Assembly: GCA_013239625.1 (NCBI GenBank)
Contig: MU053559.1
Span: 1,565,003 to 1,629,002 of the forward strand
DNA length: 64,000 nt
Reading direction: 5' to 3'
Origin: Lama guanicoe
Taxonomy: Eukaryota
In this document: piece after piece, positions 11,620-23,953 of the stretch
Layout of the letters: every line of letters starts with the position of its first letter
Position numbering within the stretch: the stretch's first letter is position 1
The notes under the pieces: generated by a model
What the model was told of the DNA's origin: nothing
What the model saw: only the letters and a program-made list of their open reading frames with translations
Databases searched by the model: none
Program-made: the position numbers and the translations under genes

Positions 11620-11750
11620 CATTGTTCTAAACCTGGTTAATGACCAGAATTCCCCAGGGGAGCATCTTAAAAATACAGATTCCCAGAATCGATCACAGAC
11701 CTACTGAATCAGAATCCCTAGGAGTGAAGCCTGAAAATATACATTTTAAT
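11620..11750. mobile_element. MER5-type hAT-Charlie MITE fragment
   Basis: ttaaaaatacagattccc...agacctactgaatcagaatc. Confidence 0.75.
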
Positions 11751-11784
11751 GCTCTTTCTTTCAACAGGTAAATTATGTTATCTC

Positions 11785-12832
11785 TTTATTTTTTATTGAA
11801 GTGTAGTCAGTTTACAATGTTGTGTTAATTTCTGGTATATAGCAGAGTGATTCAGTTATACATATATCTATATACATATATTCCTTTTCCATACTCTTTT
11901 AAATTGTAGGCTATTATAAGATATTGAATATAGTTCCCTGTGCTGTACATTAGGACCTTGTTGTTTATCTATTTTATGTGTAGTAGTTAGTATCTACAAA
12001 TCCTGAACTCCCAATTTATCCCTCCCCACCTTCTTTCCCCCCGGTAACCATAAGTTTGATTTCTATGACTGTGAGTCTGTTTCTGTTTTGTAAATAAGTT
12101 CATTTGAGTCATTTTTTAAGATTTCATGTATAAATGTTATCAAATGGTATTTTTCTTTCTCTTTCTGGCTTCACTTAGAATGACAATCTCCAGGTCCATC
12201 CATGTTGATATAAATGACATTATTTCAGTGTTTTTTTATGACTGAGTAGTATTCCATTGTATAAATATACCACAACTTCTTTATCTAGTCACCTGTTGAT
12301 GGACATTTAGGTTGCTTCCATGTCTTGGCTATTGTAAATAGTGCTGCTGTGAACATTGGGGTGCATGTGTCTTTTCAAATTAGAGTTTCCTCTGGACATA
12401 TACCCAGGAGTGGGATTGCTGGATCATATGGTAAGTCTATTTTTAGTTTTTTGAGGAATCTCCATACTGTTTTCCACAATGGCTGCACCAAAATACATTC
12501 CCAGCAACAGTGTAAGAGGGTTCCTCTTTCTCCACACCCTCTTCAGCATTTACCATTTGTGGACTTTTTTTTTAAAAAGTTTGTGTGTGTGTGTGTCTGT
12601 GTGAAGGCAATTAGGTTTATTTATTTAGTTTAAGGAGGTACTGGGGATTGAATCCAGGACCTCATGCACACTAAGCATGTACTCTACCACTCAGCTATAC
12701 CCTCCTCCAATTTGTGGACTTTTGAATGATGGCCATTCTGACTGAGGTGATACATCATTATAGTTTTGATTTGCATTTCTCTCATAATTAGTGATATTGA
12801 GCATTTTTTCATGCACCTATTGGCCGTTTGTA
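11785..12832 (-). mobile_element. L1 3' ~0.9 kb (ORF2 end plus 3'UTR), interrupted by a SINE
   Basis: ttttattgaagtgtagtcag...gggattgctggatcatatgg...gttttgatttgcatttctct. Confidence 0.92.
12569..12709 (-). mobile_element. vic-1-like SINE inside L1, 14-bp TSD
   Basis: ggaggtactggggattgaatccaggacctc...ctctaccactcagctatacc; TSD atttgtggactttt at 12555-12568 and 12710-12723. Confidence 0.92.
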
Positions 12833-12990
12833 TTCAACAGATATTTTATCAAACACCTTCTCTGTACTAGGCACCATTCTGTGCTCTGGGGATAAGATGG
12901 TGAATGAAATAGACAAAGGTCCTGTTCTTTCCTGGGGGCAGAGAGTGAGGGGACAGGGACAGACAAAAACCAAATGAGCAATTAAATAAA
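12833..12990 (-). mobile_element. L2 3' end
   Basis: ttcaacagatatttt...taggcaccattctgtgctctggggata...gtgaatgaaatagacaaaggtcctg. Confidence 0.72.
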
Positions 12991-13149
12991 CAAATGAGTA
13001 TCTTTTTGGATTTTTGTATCAAAATCATTCTTTTCAAAAGAAACAAAATGAAATGTTGTGAAGTCATAATACATAATTAAAAAAACAGGTGGGGATGGCG
13101 GGAATGGACACATTTTAAAGTTATTTATTATAGCATTGCTTATAAGAGC

Positions 13150-13355
13150 AATAGATTTGTTAAAAGCAATGTTAATGGGGTATAATTTAGGTAGAATAAG
13201 CTGCACCCATCTAAAGTATACAAGTCAATGAATTTTGACAGATGTCCCATCCCCCCAGCTCCATCTCCAATCCCCAAGCAACCACTGATCTGCTTGCTGT
13301 CACCATAGATTAGCTTGCAATATTTAGAATTTCATGCAAATGGAATCATGCAGTA
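13150..13355 (-). mobile_element. Old L1 (L1MB-like) 3'UTR fragment
   Basis: gcaaccactgatctgcttgctgtcaccatagattag...tagaatttcatgcaaatggaatcatgcagtat. Confidence 0.7.
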
Positions 13356-13399
13356 TATAATAGCGCTAGATCTTTAAACAACTTATATCAACAGCAACA

Positions 13400-13780
13400 G
13401 TAGTACTTTGTGATACATTTATTCAATGAAATACTATGTAGCCATAGGAAGGGGGAATAAATTTGTTATGTACTAATTTAGAATGACTTCCTAAAAATAT
13501 TGTTAGGTGGAAAAGGCATGGTGCAGAACAGAGCATAAAGTGTGCTACCACTTATATAAAAAGAGAATATAGAAAAATCTATCCATATATTTACTTGTAT
13601 TGGCATAGACTATCTGAAAAAAAGCCGGCAATGTAGATTGTCTCAAGAGAGGAAAACTGGGTGTCTGGGAGACAGTGATGGGAAGGAGATTTTTCACTTT
13701 AAACCCTTTTGTTCCTTTTGAATTTTGTACCAACAGAGTTTACCACTTATTCAAAGAACAACTAAAATTTAAAATTTAAA
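13400..13780 (+). mobile_element. Old L1 (L1ME-like) 3' end
   Basis: aatgaaatactatgtagccat...ggaaggagatttttcact...ccttttgaattttgtacca. Confidence 0.7.
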
Positions 13781-14469
13781 AATCATAATAAAGGAGAAAT
13801 TTCCCCCAATCTTGGCAGATGACTTTGTAATGTCAAGTAAAACTCTATAAGCTTCAAATATTCTAATTCAAACTTGATTAAAATATAGTTAAAACCAGAA
13901 GCCACAAGTCTGCATTATCAGCTATAGAGAAAACCTTAAGAAAAAAAAACTGTAAATAAAGAAGTTGAGGACTGGAACTAAACAAGCTGATCCTGAAATT
14001 CATATGGAAAAAAATAGTCAGAAAATTTTGAAAAAAAAAAAGAATAATGATAGGGGACCAGAATGATCAGATAACAAAACATATTATAAAACCTTAAGAG
14101 TAGAACTAGCATATAAATAGAGAGACATATGGAATAAAAGAGAAAATTCAGAAATAGAAATTGACATGTAATAAAAGTGGTATCTAGAAACAGTAGGAAA
14201 AAAGATGAACTCTGGGGTACCAAGCGAGGAGGTGGGATAGTGGGAATGGGTCACCTCAGGTACAAGCAATAGGGGGTTCACTGAGAATTTAAAACAATAG
14301 CAAGACTCAATCAGCTTGATTTTTATCATCATCAGGCATCATTGATTGTAAACAATGATAAGGTGATAAAGTTCTCTTCTCCTGCAACTGGATGGACTGC
14401 TTCCACCTGCCCCTTCTTTGGAATACTGCAGAGTGGAATCTTTAATGTTTTATTTGGACAACGGGATAG

Positions 14470-14751
14470 TGTCAAAGACAAAAAAAATGACTCAGCTGGA
14501 GGATAAAGGCTTTATCCAGCTGATGCACATCAGAGAGCACAGCAGATTTACACAAGGCGCTGAGCCAAAGCAGCATTGGAGTTGTCATCCAGCAAGGACA
14601 AGACAACAGCACAAGACTATGGTCCTGTGCCAGGTTGCAGTTTTCTTTCTGTGTAACTGCTGCGAAGTTTTCAGTTGGAAGGGTCCATATAGGTTCAGTT
14701 TTTCAGCTCTTTCTTAGAATGGGTGATGCAAGGTGCAATTTCATTTTGACA
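14470..14751 (-). mobile_element. Probable short ERV solo LTR (family not identified)
   Basis: Terminal inverted repeats TGTCAAA...TTTGACA, 282 bp; no clean TSD. Confidence 0.55.
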
Positions 14752-15264
14752 GCTGTCAATGTGTGTGTAAGTAACAAAGGCAGAGACTGAGAGAGACAGA
14801 GGCTGGGGAGAGAGAGAGAGAGAGAGGATGTCTTTAATCAAACCAAATAATAAATGTTCTCTACTTGACAACTTTTGAGCCAGTTTGGGTCACAAACCTA
14901 CCTCTGGATCAATAACAGTTTCCTGGAGGAAACGCAGGATTGGTTGATTTAAGCCTGGGATTTCCCATCCCTGGTGAGGGCAAAGGAATTAGCACAACTG
15001 GCTTAGACTTCTCAGGACCCACACTTCAGGTTGAATCACCTTCACCCAAATTACATGGGCTTAACATAAAGAGGCAGATACTTAAGTAAGATTGGGTTCC
15101 TTCAAGAAGCAGGATAGGGGATGGATGCTGGGTAGGTAACCAATGATGTCACCATGAATGCTTATGCCAAAGTGAGGTGCACATGCAGACATTTCATCAT
15201 GATGAACTTTTACAGCACCTTTACAGTTTGATAACTAAACATAGGGGCCTCAGAAGGCAAAGCA

Positions 15265-15490
15265 GCACTGTGTTTAAGAGCATGAGCTCTGAAGTTTGAC
15301 TGCTGGAGTTTGAATCCCAGGAACCTTGTAAACAAGAATGTTTATTTCCTGAACTTCACTTTCCCAATGATGCTGCTGCTGATGATATGATGCTATGCTA
15401 CAGAGTTCATAGGATTATTGTGAGGATTAAATGAAACAATGGATGCTAAAGCAGAGGACGTATATAACTTAATAAGTGCTCAAAATCACT
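15265..15490 (+). mobile_element. MIR SINE
   Basis: ttaagagcatgagctctgaag...tttgaatccc...cataggattattgtgaggattaaatga. Confidence 0.78.
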
Positions 15491-15911
15491 GGGTCATTGA
15501 CCAGGGATTGACACTTTTTTGTGGTATTGAACTTGATCAATAATTGTTCTTATTGTATTAGGATTTGACAGTATTTCTCCAGTTGTCTCATGCTGATTTC
15601 AGCTACTAGCATGTTTTCCCCTGGTGGCATCAACAGATTCCTGTGTCAAGTGCAAGTTCACCTGACGATGTGTAGGCTGAGCCCCCTGGCCCCTCCACCT
15701 GAAAGTATCAACTCCGTTATGGCATTTTCACAATAACATTTACCAAAGACCTTCTCCTTTTTATCTTAAAACAACTTTATTGTGGTATGATTTCAGTACA
15801 GTAAACTACACATATTTCAGATGTACAATTTGATGAATTTTGATAGATGTATACACCTATGAAACCACCACCACAATCAAGATAGCTAACATTGCCATCA
15901 CTCCCCAAGAG

Positions 15912-16396
15912 GTGCAAATTTCAAATACCCAATTTATCCCTTCTCACCCACTTCCCCCCTGGTAACCATAAGTTTGTTTTTTATGTCTGTGAGTCTGTTT
16001 CTGTTTTGTAAATAAGTTCATTTGTGTCTTTTTTTTGAAGATTTCACATTTAAATGATATCATATGGTATTTTTCTTTCTCTTTCTGGCTTACTTCACTT
16101 AGAATGTTGATCTCCAGGTCCATCCATATTGCTGCAAATGAAATTATTTTATTCTTTTTTTATGGCTGAGTAGTATTCCATTGTATATATATACCACTAC
16201 TTCTTTATCCAGTCATCTGTTGATGGACATTTAGGTTGTTTTCATGTCTTGGCTATTGTAAACAATGCTTCTGTGAATACTGGGGTGCATATGTCTTTTC
16301 AAATTATATTTTCCTCTGGATATATGCCCAGGAGTGTGATTGCTGGATCATATGGTAAGTTTGTTTCTAACTTTTTAAGGAACCTCCATACTGTCC
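15912..16396 (-). mobile_element. L1 3'UTR fragment (abuts an older L1 end at ~15770-15910)
   Basis: ggtaaccataagtttg...ggacatttaggttg...gctggatcatatgg...aacctccatactgt. Confidence 0.88.
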
Positions 16397-16459
16397 TCAA
16401 ATACCTTCTTTTCTCACCTTGCAGAGCAACATCTACAGGTTGACTCCCCACTCACAATC

Positions 16460-16747
16460 CTTCTTTTCAATTCTTATTTTTTATTGAAGTGTAGTCAATT
16501 TACAATGTTAGTTTCACATGTACAGCAAAGCTATTCAGTTATACATACACATACATACATATATATTTTTTCAGTTTCTTTTCCATTACGGCTCATTACA
16601 AGAAATTGAATATAGCTCCCTGTGCTATACAGTAGGTCCTTGTTGTTTATCTATTTTATGTATAGTACTGTGTATCTGTTAATCCCAAACTCCTAATCCA
16701 TCCCTGCCCCCACTTTCCTCCCTGATAACGAGTTTGTTTTCTATGTC
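16460..16747 (-). mobile_element. L1 3' end with TSD
   Basis: ttttattgaagtgtagtc...; flanks cccactcacaatc (~16447) and cccacccacaatc (~16750). Confidence 0.88.
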
Positions 16748-16947
16748 CTCCCACCCACAATCTTGGTATGGCTCCAGAGTCCCAGGAGAGCGTTAAGGCT
16801 TCAGCCAACACAAGTTTTATGTCATTTTAATGTATTTCTTTAGCTCAACCTAGCTAGAAGGGGAATATCCACACACCCAGGGATGTTTCACTGACCTCTT
16901 GCTTGGAACTGAGTTCAATTTCTCACCTTTACTTCTGACCAGAGCAG

Positions 16948-17399
16948 CACAGACCAACAATGTTGCTCTCCATTCTAGTAAACAACAAATGTTGCCCACA
17001 GTCAGCCACTGCAGCTACCCCTCTTTCTCTGCCCAACAGCGCACACTGCGGGGACTTCAGGATGGAAAAAAACCTGGATACTGGCCCTAGATAGTTAAGA
17101 TGCATCTCTACGGAATAATTTCAATGACCCAGACTCTTGCATCTTCTTGTGTGTAGAAAAGCGCTAAATTCATTAACTTGAGATGTCTTTTTTTGTGTGT
17201 GGCTAACAATAATCTTTTGATGTTAGACTACATGTTTTTTTTTTCAACACATCTATATATACTGGCTTCTCCTTTACCTCTTTGGAGCAGTTCTACAGAG
17301 TTATCTGAGAGGCTGTCTCCTGGGCTATAGTTCCCAGCAAGGTCCCCGAATAACACATAACTTACAACTCTTAGATTGTGCATTTTTCTTCAGTCGACA
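16948..17399 (+). mobile_element. ERV1 solo LTR, cetartiodactyl MER41-like
   Basis: agtaaacaa..atgttg...caggatgga...actggccctagatagttaagat...tatctgagaggctgtctcctgggct...tcagtcgaca; homologous to 20256-20688. Confidence 0.82.
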
Positions 17400-17986
17400 G
17401 TACAGTGCAGCAGAATACAGTGACCAGTGGAGAAACTGAAGCCCCCTCCTTTAACCTCATCAGTTCCTCCTATTTTTTTTTTGGAATGATGATCAACATT
17501 TTCTCAATTTTATACAAATGGCTAGACAAATTCAGCTCTACACTGGAATCCTAGAAGATCTTCCTTCACTACGGATTGCCACTCTGGCTCCCTCCTATCA
17601 AAACAAATTCTGAAGCCTTCACTAACTGGAATCTGGCTCCTTCCTTTCCTGCTCCTTAGATTAGACTGTAATCTAATTCCTTTTCCCTTGCCACAAGAAA
17701 ACCACCATCTTTCCCAAGGCTGAATTCTCGGAACATTACGTGGACTCTACCATCAACTCTTAATACCCACCTCTCACCTCAACCCTTACACCATCCTTAA
17801 AAAATATATCCAGTGCCACTGACCACACCTGTCATGACAGGATGTCCTAACACGATAGACACCTATCACGTGCAGGTGCTGGAGACAATAAGTCCAACAT
17901 GAAGTGGGGAGGTAAAGTAGGAAGCAGGGAGAAGGTGAAATAAACATTTTATAATGTATAAAGGTATCGTCAGCAACACAGTTTTA

Positions 17987-18118
17987 TTTGTTTTTTTCAA
18001 ACATTTATTTACTTATTTATTTTTACTTTTTTTTTTTGCTAGTGGAGGTACTGGGGATTGAACCCAGGACCTCATGCATGTTAAGCATGCGCTCTACCAC
18101 TAAGCTACACCCTCTCTC
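17987..18118 (-). mobile_element. vic-1-like SINE, 16-bp TSD
   Basis: tRNA-Ala-like body; TSD cagcaacacagtttta at 17971-17986 and 18119-18134. Confidence 0.93.
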
Positions 18119-18755
18119 CAGCAACACAGTTTTAATCCCTTACCCCCAACACCTGGGCTTGAGCCTTTATGTGTTTTCAGTTTTGTCCATTCAAAAATTA
18201 GTTTCGTCCATAAACAGAAGATCTACCCTCCATTCGTGGCTCACCTTATTTCAAAACAGTCCAAGAGTCTACAAAGTAATTCTTATTGTATTTCTATAGG
18301 TTTCATTCCTATGTCTGTGTTAACAATAAACTACCTTGTTTTATTTTGAAAAGTTTTCAGAAGATTTCAGAAACATTTTATGAGTTTCAGAGAAAAGTTG
18401 GTATTTGGTATTTTACGTATTTACCCATAATTCAACTTGCTTGAATATAATGTAACTGCTTCCAGAGAAATAAGGAGAACTGATATACACTTTGGGAATT
18501 TTCTCTGTCCCTTTGCAAAATGAAGTGCCCAAATACAGAAGGGAGATTTTTTTTTCCTCTATATTTGGACAAGGCTATTGAGACTGTGTGTAACCTGCAC
18601 CTGGATTTTCTAAAGGGTCTTTCTTTTAAAAACAGGACAGGGTGAATACACTGAAGGGGAAAAAAAGTATTGGGATGTTTTATCCCGTGACGGAGGACGG
18701 GATGGGAGGCTAACCCCTAGAGTAGGAAATAGGCTCATAGATGCGTTGATGACTA

Positions 18756-18774
18756 CAGCCAGCAGGTGGCAGCA
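18756..18774 (+). promoter_or_regulatory. Candidate CTCF site
   Basis: cagCCAGCAGGTGGCAGCa closely matches the CTCF core; lies in non-repeat DNA; motif evidence only. Confidence 0.5.
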
Positions 18775-18924
18775 GGAGGCCACATTAGGAGAAGTCAGGC
18801 CCTGGAAAGGCCTTAGCTGGACCTTTCCGCCTAGGAACCAGCAGCTTTGGGGAACTGGTAGAGACTATGATGTGTTTCTCAGAAAAAGGAACGGTGACAG
18901 AGTCTTCCAGAAGCTGTTACTGTT

Positions 18925-19310
18925 TAGTAAATGTTGCTATGATCACTGGGGTGCATGTATCTTTTCAAATTAGTCTTTTCATCTTCTCTGGATATATACC
19001 CAGCAGTGGAATTGCTGGATCAAATAAAAATCCATTTTTAGCTTTTTGAGGAACCTCCAATACTGTTTTCCATCATGGCTGTACCAATTTACATTCCCAC
19101 CAACAGTGTACAAGGGTTCCTTTTCAGAGTCTACATCTTAATTGTTCTCACCACAAAAAAGAAATGAAAATTATGTGATATGATAGAGGTGTTTGCTAAT
19201 GCTACAGGGATAATCATATTGCTATATATAAATGTACCAAATCAACATGTCACCTTTAATTTACACAATGTTATATGCCAGTTATATCTCAATTAAACAT
19301 TTAAAAAATG
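18925..19310. mobile_element. L1 with inverted 5' segment (minus ~18925-19123, plus ~19125-19310)
   Basis: Antisense ggggtgcatgtatc...caagggttcc directly abuts the sense terminus tcttaattgttctcaccac...tatatctcaattaaa. Confidence 0.75.
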
Positions 19311-19499
19311 AAAGACAGGGAACAAGGATGCATGCTGAGGGAGGAAGGGAGACACAGCAGTGAGGGCCTAGGAGAAAGAGTGGGAGGAGGGTCAGCCTCT
19401 GACATGCAGATGACAGTGCAGAGTAGGAAGCTGGTCAAAAAGGGTGGGCGTTCTTTCATTTTGCGTGAGCTGGTGATGTCACTGACTTTAAAAAGCTGT

Positions 19500-19860
19500 A
19501 AAAATAAGTGGAAGCAGCCTAAATGTCCATCAGTGAATGAATGAATACACAAAATTCAGTATATCCATACAATGGAGTATTATTTAGCCTTAAAAAGGAA
19601 GGATATTCCAACACATGTTACAACACGGCTGAACCTCGAGGACATTACGCTAAGTGAAACAGGACAGTCACGAAAAGATGAATACTGTATGTATGTTAGA
19701 TGAGAGATCTAGAGTTGTCAAATTCATAGACAGAAGGTCGAATGGTGGCCACCAGACTGAGGGGAAGTGGGCATGGGGAGTTGTTGTTTGGTTTTGCAAG
19801 ATGAAAAAGTCCTGGAGGTTGGTTGAATGGTACACTTAAAAATATTAAGATGGTAAATAA
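19500..19860 (+). mobile_element. L1MB-like 3'UTR
   Basis: gtggaagcagcctaaatgtccatc...gaggacattacgctaagtgaaa...tacacttaaaaatattaagatggtaaat. Confidence 0.82.
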
Positions 19861-20255
19861 GGTTCCATCTCTTCTGATCCTTAAGGAGTCGTAGGCCATT
19901 CCAGGCAGGGTGGTAGGACAGGATGTGACATCAAGTTAGTATAAAAAGTAATACTATTTAATGTAAATTAAATATTATGAAGTGCCTCACATTTAAATGG
20001 CATTTTGCAATTGATACATCTTCCTAACAACTAGTATGGTGTGGGGTGGGTCTCTGTGTTAAAAGTAAGTGGGTAGGTGACATGAAGGGTGAATTCAGAA
20101 GCAGGGAGTGAATGGGTTAACAGGGAGGCTGGGGACAAATGCTAGAACTGATGGGCTGAAACAGGTGGAAGAAATAAAAGAGAAAGAGGCAAAGCCACCA
20201 GCTCGTGACTTCTTGATTGCTGTTTTTCCTTGGATGTGATAGGTGGTAACCCCAG

Positions 20256-20688
20256 GGTCGACTGAAAAAAAAAAAAAGCACGAGCTAAAAGTTGAGAATG
20301 ATGTTTTATTTGGTGGACTTACTGAGGACAGAAGCCCAGGAGACAGCCTCTCAGATAGCTCTGAGAAACTGTTCTGAAGGGGTCAGGGAACAGCCAGCAT
20401 ATATAGGAGTTTTTGCAACAAAAACCAGATAGTCAGAACATCAAAAGATGTTAATTAAAGAAAAAAACCCAAACACTTCAAGTTAATGAATTTGGCACTT
20501 TTCTGTGTATGGGAAGATGTAAGAGTCCGGGCTCCTTGAAATCACTCCTTTGATATGAATCTTAACCCTCCAGGGCCAGTGTCCTGTTTTTCTCCATCCT
20601 GAGTCCCCTCAGGGTGCACAGTGGGGGTGGCTTGATGGTCACAACATCCTTTGTTTACTGATATGGCAAGTGACCTTCTTCGTCCACG
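20256..20688 (-). mobile_element. ERV1 solo LTR, cetartiodactyl MER41-like
   Basis: gtcgactgaaaa...ttttatt...tttgtttactgatatggca...gtccacg; 4-bp flanks ccag/ctag. Confidence 0.85.
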
Positions 20689-22627
20689 CTAGTCTTATGT
20701 TATTCAACCATTTTCTATTCTTTCTAGGCTCCATTTTTTTTTTCATAAGCTCCGTTCCAAGAAGCAGTACTACTTCATCATTAAAAGTGCCTGTGTTCAG
20801 TTTGGCCCTGACCCTTCCCGATTACGTGATCTCGGGCAGGTTATTTCTCTCTCTTGACTTTAGTTTTCTCTCTGATAATCACAGTTCCTGCCGTCTCCAA
20901 GCTTTCAATGCATATTTTCTCTTTTCATTTTTCCAGCCCTGTGCCCTCAGGAGCAAATGGTGCCCACCGAGTGAGTGATAGGGAAGACCATCTTTAAGGA
21001 TTTTCTTCTTTCGGCTTATCTTGGCACAGTATTCTTGAGAATATCGCCAACGTCATCAAGGAGGAAAAGAAATCATTTGCAATACATGGGTTTCATGTTT
21101 AGTAAAACTGGATGACTTCAAGCGTTTAGGAGAAAACAGTTGACCTGAGTGTGGAACTGGCTATCCCGCAAAGCTTTTCAGAGATTAGGTGGAAACCTTG
21201 AGGGATGTTTCTGGCAAATGATCTCCAATTTCCCTAACGTATCTGATTACAGCAGTTGAGGTGACCTTCTGAATAATAAGGTACATATTTTCATTCATTC
21301 AGCCCGTAGAATTTCAACCATATTGAGCACCGGGAAAACTTGGGTCTGAAAGTTCAAGAGGCGTTGCTTGTTACATTGCTTATATTCTGATCTGTTGATG
21401 ATGGTGGTTTTGAATTTCTTCCATTCAATGCGTCCTTACATTCTAATCAAAATCTAAAGTAGAATTCCTCACTTCTTCTGTTTGTTAGCAAGATAAATTA
21501 TCCTAGCTGCTATGAAGATAAAACAACTTCTTTCATTTGGATTTCTCAAACACTGATATGCACTGCTCATTCGAGGGTGTCTGGAAACATTAACTAAAAG
21601 AGATTATCTTCCACACAGAGAAAATTCTTAGCTTTAAAACTATTTAACTAAGATCAGTTGATATATTTTATGACTAACACAACTGGACCAACCTGTATTT
21701 TATGTTTAGTCGATGAGAAAAATAAACAAAAACCTAATGCCAACCAGATTACACTGTAAAATATTCACATAGTATTTAGGATCAGGAACAAAACCTGTGT
21801 GGTCAGTGACCGATGTCCCTCCTTGTCTCAGACATCTTCACTCTCGGACTTTTTTATTAGGATGACCTGGATTCTTTTGTCATATACTTGCCTCTTGAGG
21901 CAAAAAGCACATAGTGATCTCCTAAAAATAATGCTTTTAATCCAGAAATGCTCCTTTCTAATTCTCCAAAAGGGAGAATTTCTCTAGGTCATTTCCAGGT
22001 TCTTGCAGAGTCAAAAGATACATGAGAGCATATTCTGTAAGCGTGCAGGGACAGATCTGAGAATTCATCACAAGAACCTTTATATCTCATGTGTTCTTGT
22101 TACCATTGCTCAGTAACAAATTACCCCTAAAGGTAATGACTTACAATAACCATTTTATTCTGCCCACTAATTCTGTGGGTCAGGAATTCCAATGGAGCAC
22201 AGTGGAAGTCATTTGTCTCTGTTCCACCATTTTCTGGGGCCCCAGCTGGGCAGGCTAGGCTGGAGGAAATCAAAGTCGGGAGACTAGAGTCCTAGGAAGG
22301 CATCTTCATTCACGTACCTGCTGACCGCTGCTGGCTGTTGGCTGGGTCCTCAGCTGGGGATGTTGACAGAACTCTACCTTGTGACCTTTCCAGGTGGCCT
22401 CAGGATAGTTGGACCTTTTACATGGTGAGTCAGGGCCTTAAGGTTAGTGTCCCAGGGAGCAAGGCAGAAACTGCATCACCGTTTCTCACCTGGCTTCACA
22501 AACGCCCTGCACCACTGTTGCCTCATTCTGTTGATTACAAGTCAATCACAAGCCTACCCCAGTTCAAGGAAAGGAGACAGAGGCCATACTTCTTGATGGT
22601 AGGAGAATCAAAGAGTTTGTGGACATG

Positions 22628-22949
22628 CGTGACGGTTAATTTTATGTGTCAACTTGCCTGGACCATGGGGCGCTCAGATATTTGCCTAAACATTATTTCT
22701 GAGTGTGTCTGTGAGGATGTTTCCATATGAACTTGGAAGGAGGAAGGGAGAATTCCATCCTTCCTGCCTGATTCCTTTAGCTGGGCATCAACCTTCTCCA
22801 CCCTTTTTGCTCCTGGGTCTTGAGCTTTTGGAGTTGGACTGAATTATACCAACAGCTGTCTTGGGTCTCCAGCTTACAGAGAGTAGACTGTGGGGCTTCT
22901 CAGCATCCAGAATTGTGTGAGCCAATACCTTATAATGAATCTTTTCATG

Positions 22950-22986
<37 letters not shown>

Positions 22987-23048
22987 TTGTGTGTGTGTGT
23001 ACATATAGCTATCCTATTGGTTCTGTTTCTCTAGAGAACACTAATACA
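22628..23048 (+). mobile_element. ERVL LTR (MLT2-like) with (TA)(TG)n microsatellite
   Basis: gtgacggttaattttatgtgtcaacttg...atcctattggttctgtttctctagagaacactaataca. Confidence 0.88.
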
Positions 23049-23054
23049 ATGTGT

Positions 23055-23275
23055 TTTTACATTTTTTATTGACGTATAGTCAATTTACAACATTGTGTCA
23101 ATTTCTGCTGTACAGCGTAATGCTTTAGTCATACATGATCACACATATATTCACTTTCATATTCTTTTTCATTATAGGTTGCTACAGGATATTGAATACA
23201 ATTCCCTGTGCTCTACAGAAGAAACTTGTTTATCTCTTTTATATATGGTAGTTCGTATCTGCAAATCTCGAACTC
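23055..23275 (-). mobile_element. Short L1 3' end
   Basis: ttttttattgacgtatagtc...tatctgcaaatctcgaactc. Confidence 0.88.
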
Positions 23276-23555
23276 AGCATGTTTAAAATTGCCACAATGT
23301 GTTAAACTTTCTGTGTTTATCTCTGAAGGATTATATCATGATTCTCAAACAACACATCATATTGGACAAAAATGATGGGGGAAAAAAAAGAACTGTCATC
23401 TCAGAGATGAATGAAAGGAAGATGGTAGAATTGCCATCAGATACTGAGTGCAGGGGCCCTGCATTTAAGGTTGACTTAGGGAAACTTTCAGCATCAATGA
23501 CTTAACACCTCTTAAAGGAACCTGGGATCTGTGAATGGCTGTCTCTGGCAGACAC

Positions 23556-23953
23556 TGTCATGTGCCTCCCAGATCTTCTCCCAGGGAAGAACTTGTTGGC
23601 CCATTTGCTAGGTGAGCTGTGAGTAGACAGCCTTCAGTGGTCGGCCTTCCCAGAGATTGCTTCGGTTGTAGAGATGCCTTGCTCAAGGCTCGCTTCCAAT
23701 GATGGATGCAAGAGTATATGGCTTGGCCATTTTGGCCCAGCCTAAGACAACTCTGAGGGGCCATTTTATCTCCATCACTCTCCATAGGGTTGGAAGAGGT
23801 TGTTGAGTCTATTTTGAAGCTTGACTTCTTTCTCTGCCCAATTCTTCCTTCCGTTTTTGTTCCAGGTGTTGTTTGCAAGGACACTCTTTGATAATATCTT
23901 GCATGCTGAACTTTATCTCAGAGTCTTCTTCTTAGGAAACCCAATGTGCAATA
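23556..23953 (+). mobile_element. ERVL LTR (LTR16-like)
   Basis: 3' end cttgcatgctgaact..atctcagagtc....ggaaacccaa. Confidence 0.72.

Larger units (their letters stand above)
22090..23297 (-). mobile_element. MaLR LTR (MLT1G/H-like) split by MLT2 and L1
   Basis: cattgctcagtaacaaattacccc...ttctgtgggtcaggaattc...agttcaagga...; end tttaaaattgccaca. Confidence 0.75.

Noticed and set aside
15612..15630. Second CTCF-like motif (tcccctggtggca)
   Set aside because: It lacks the GC-rich end of the core and is too weak without data.
21030..21090. Protein-looking stretch ILENIANVIKEEKKSFAIHG after cacag
   Set aside because: It is short, has a poor donor, no recognised homologue and no partner exons.
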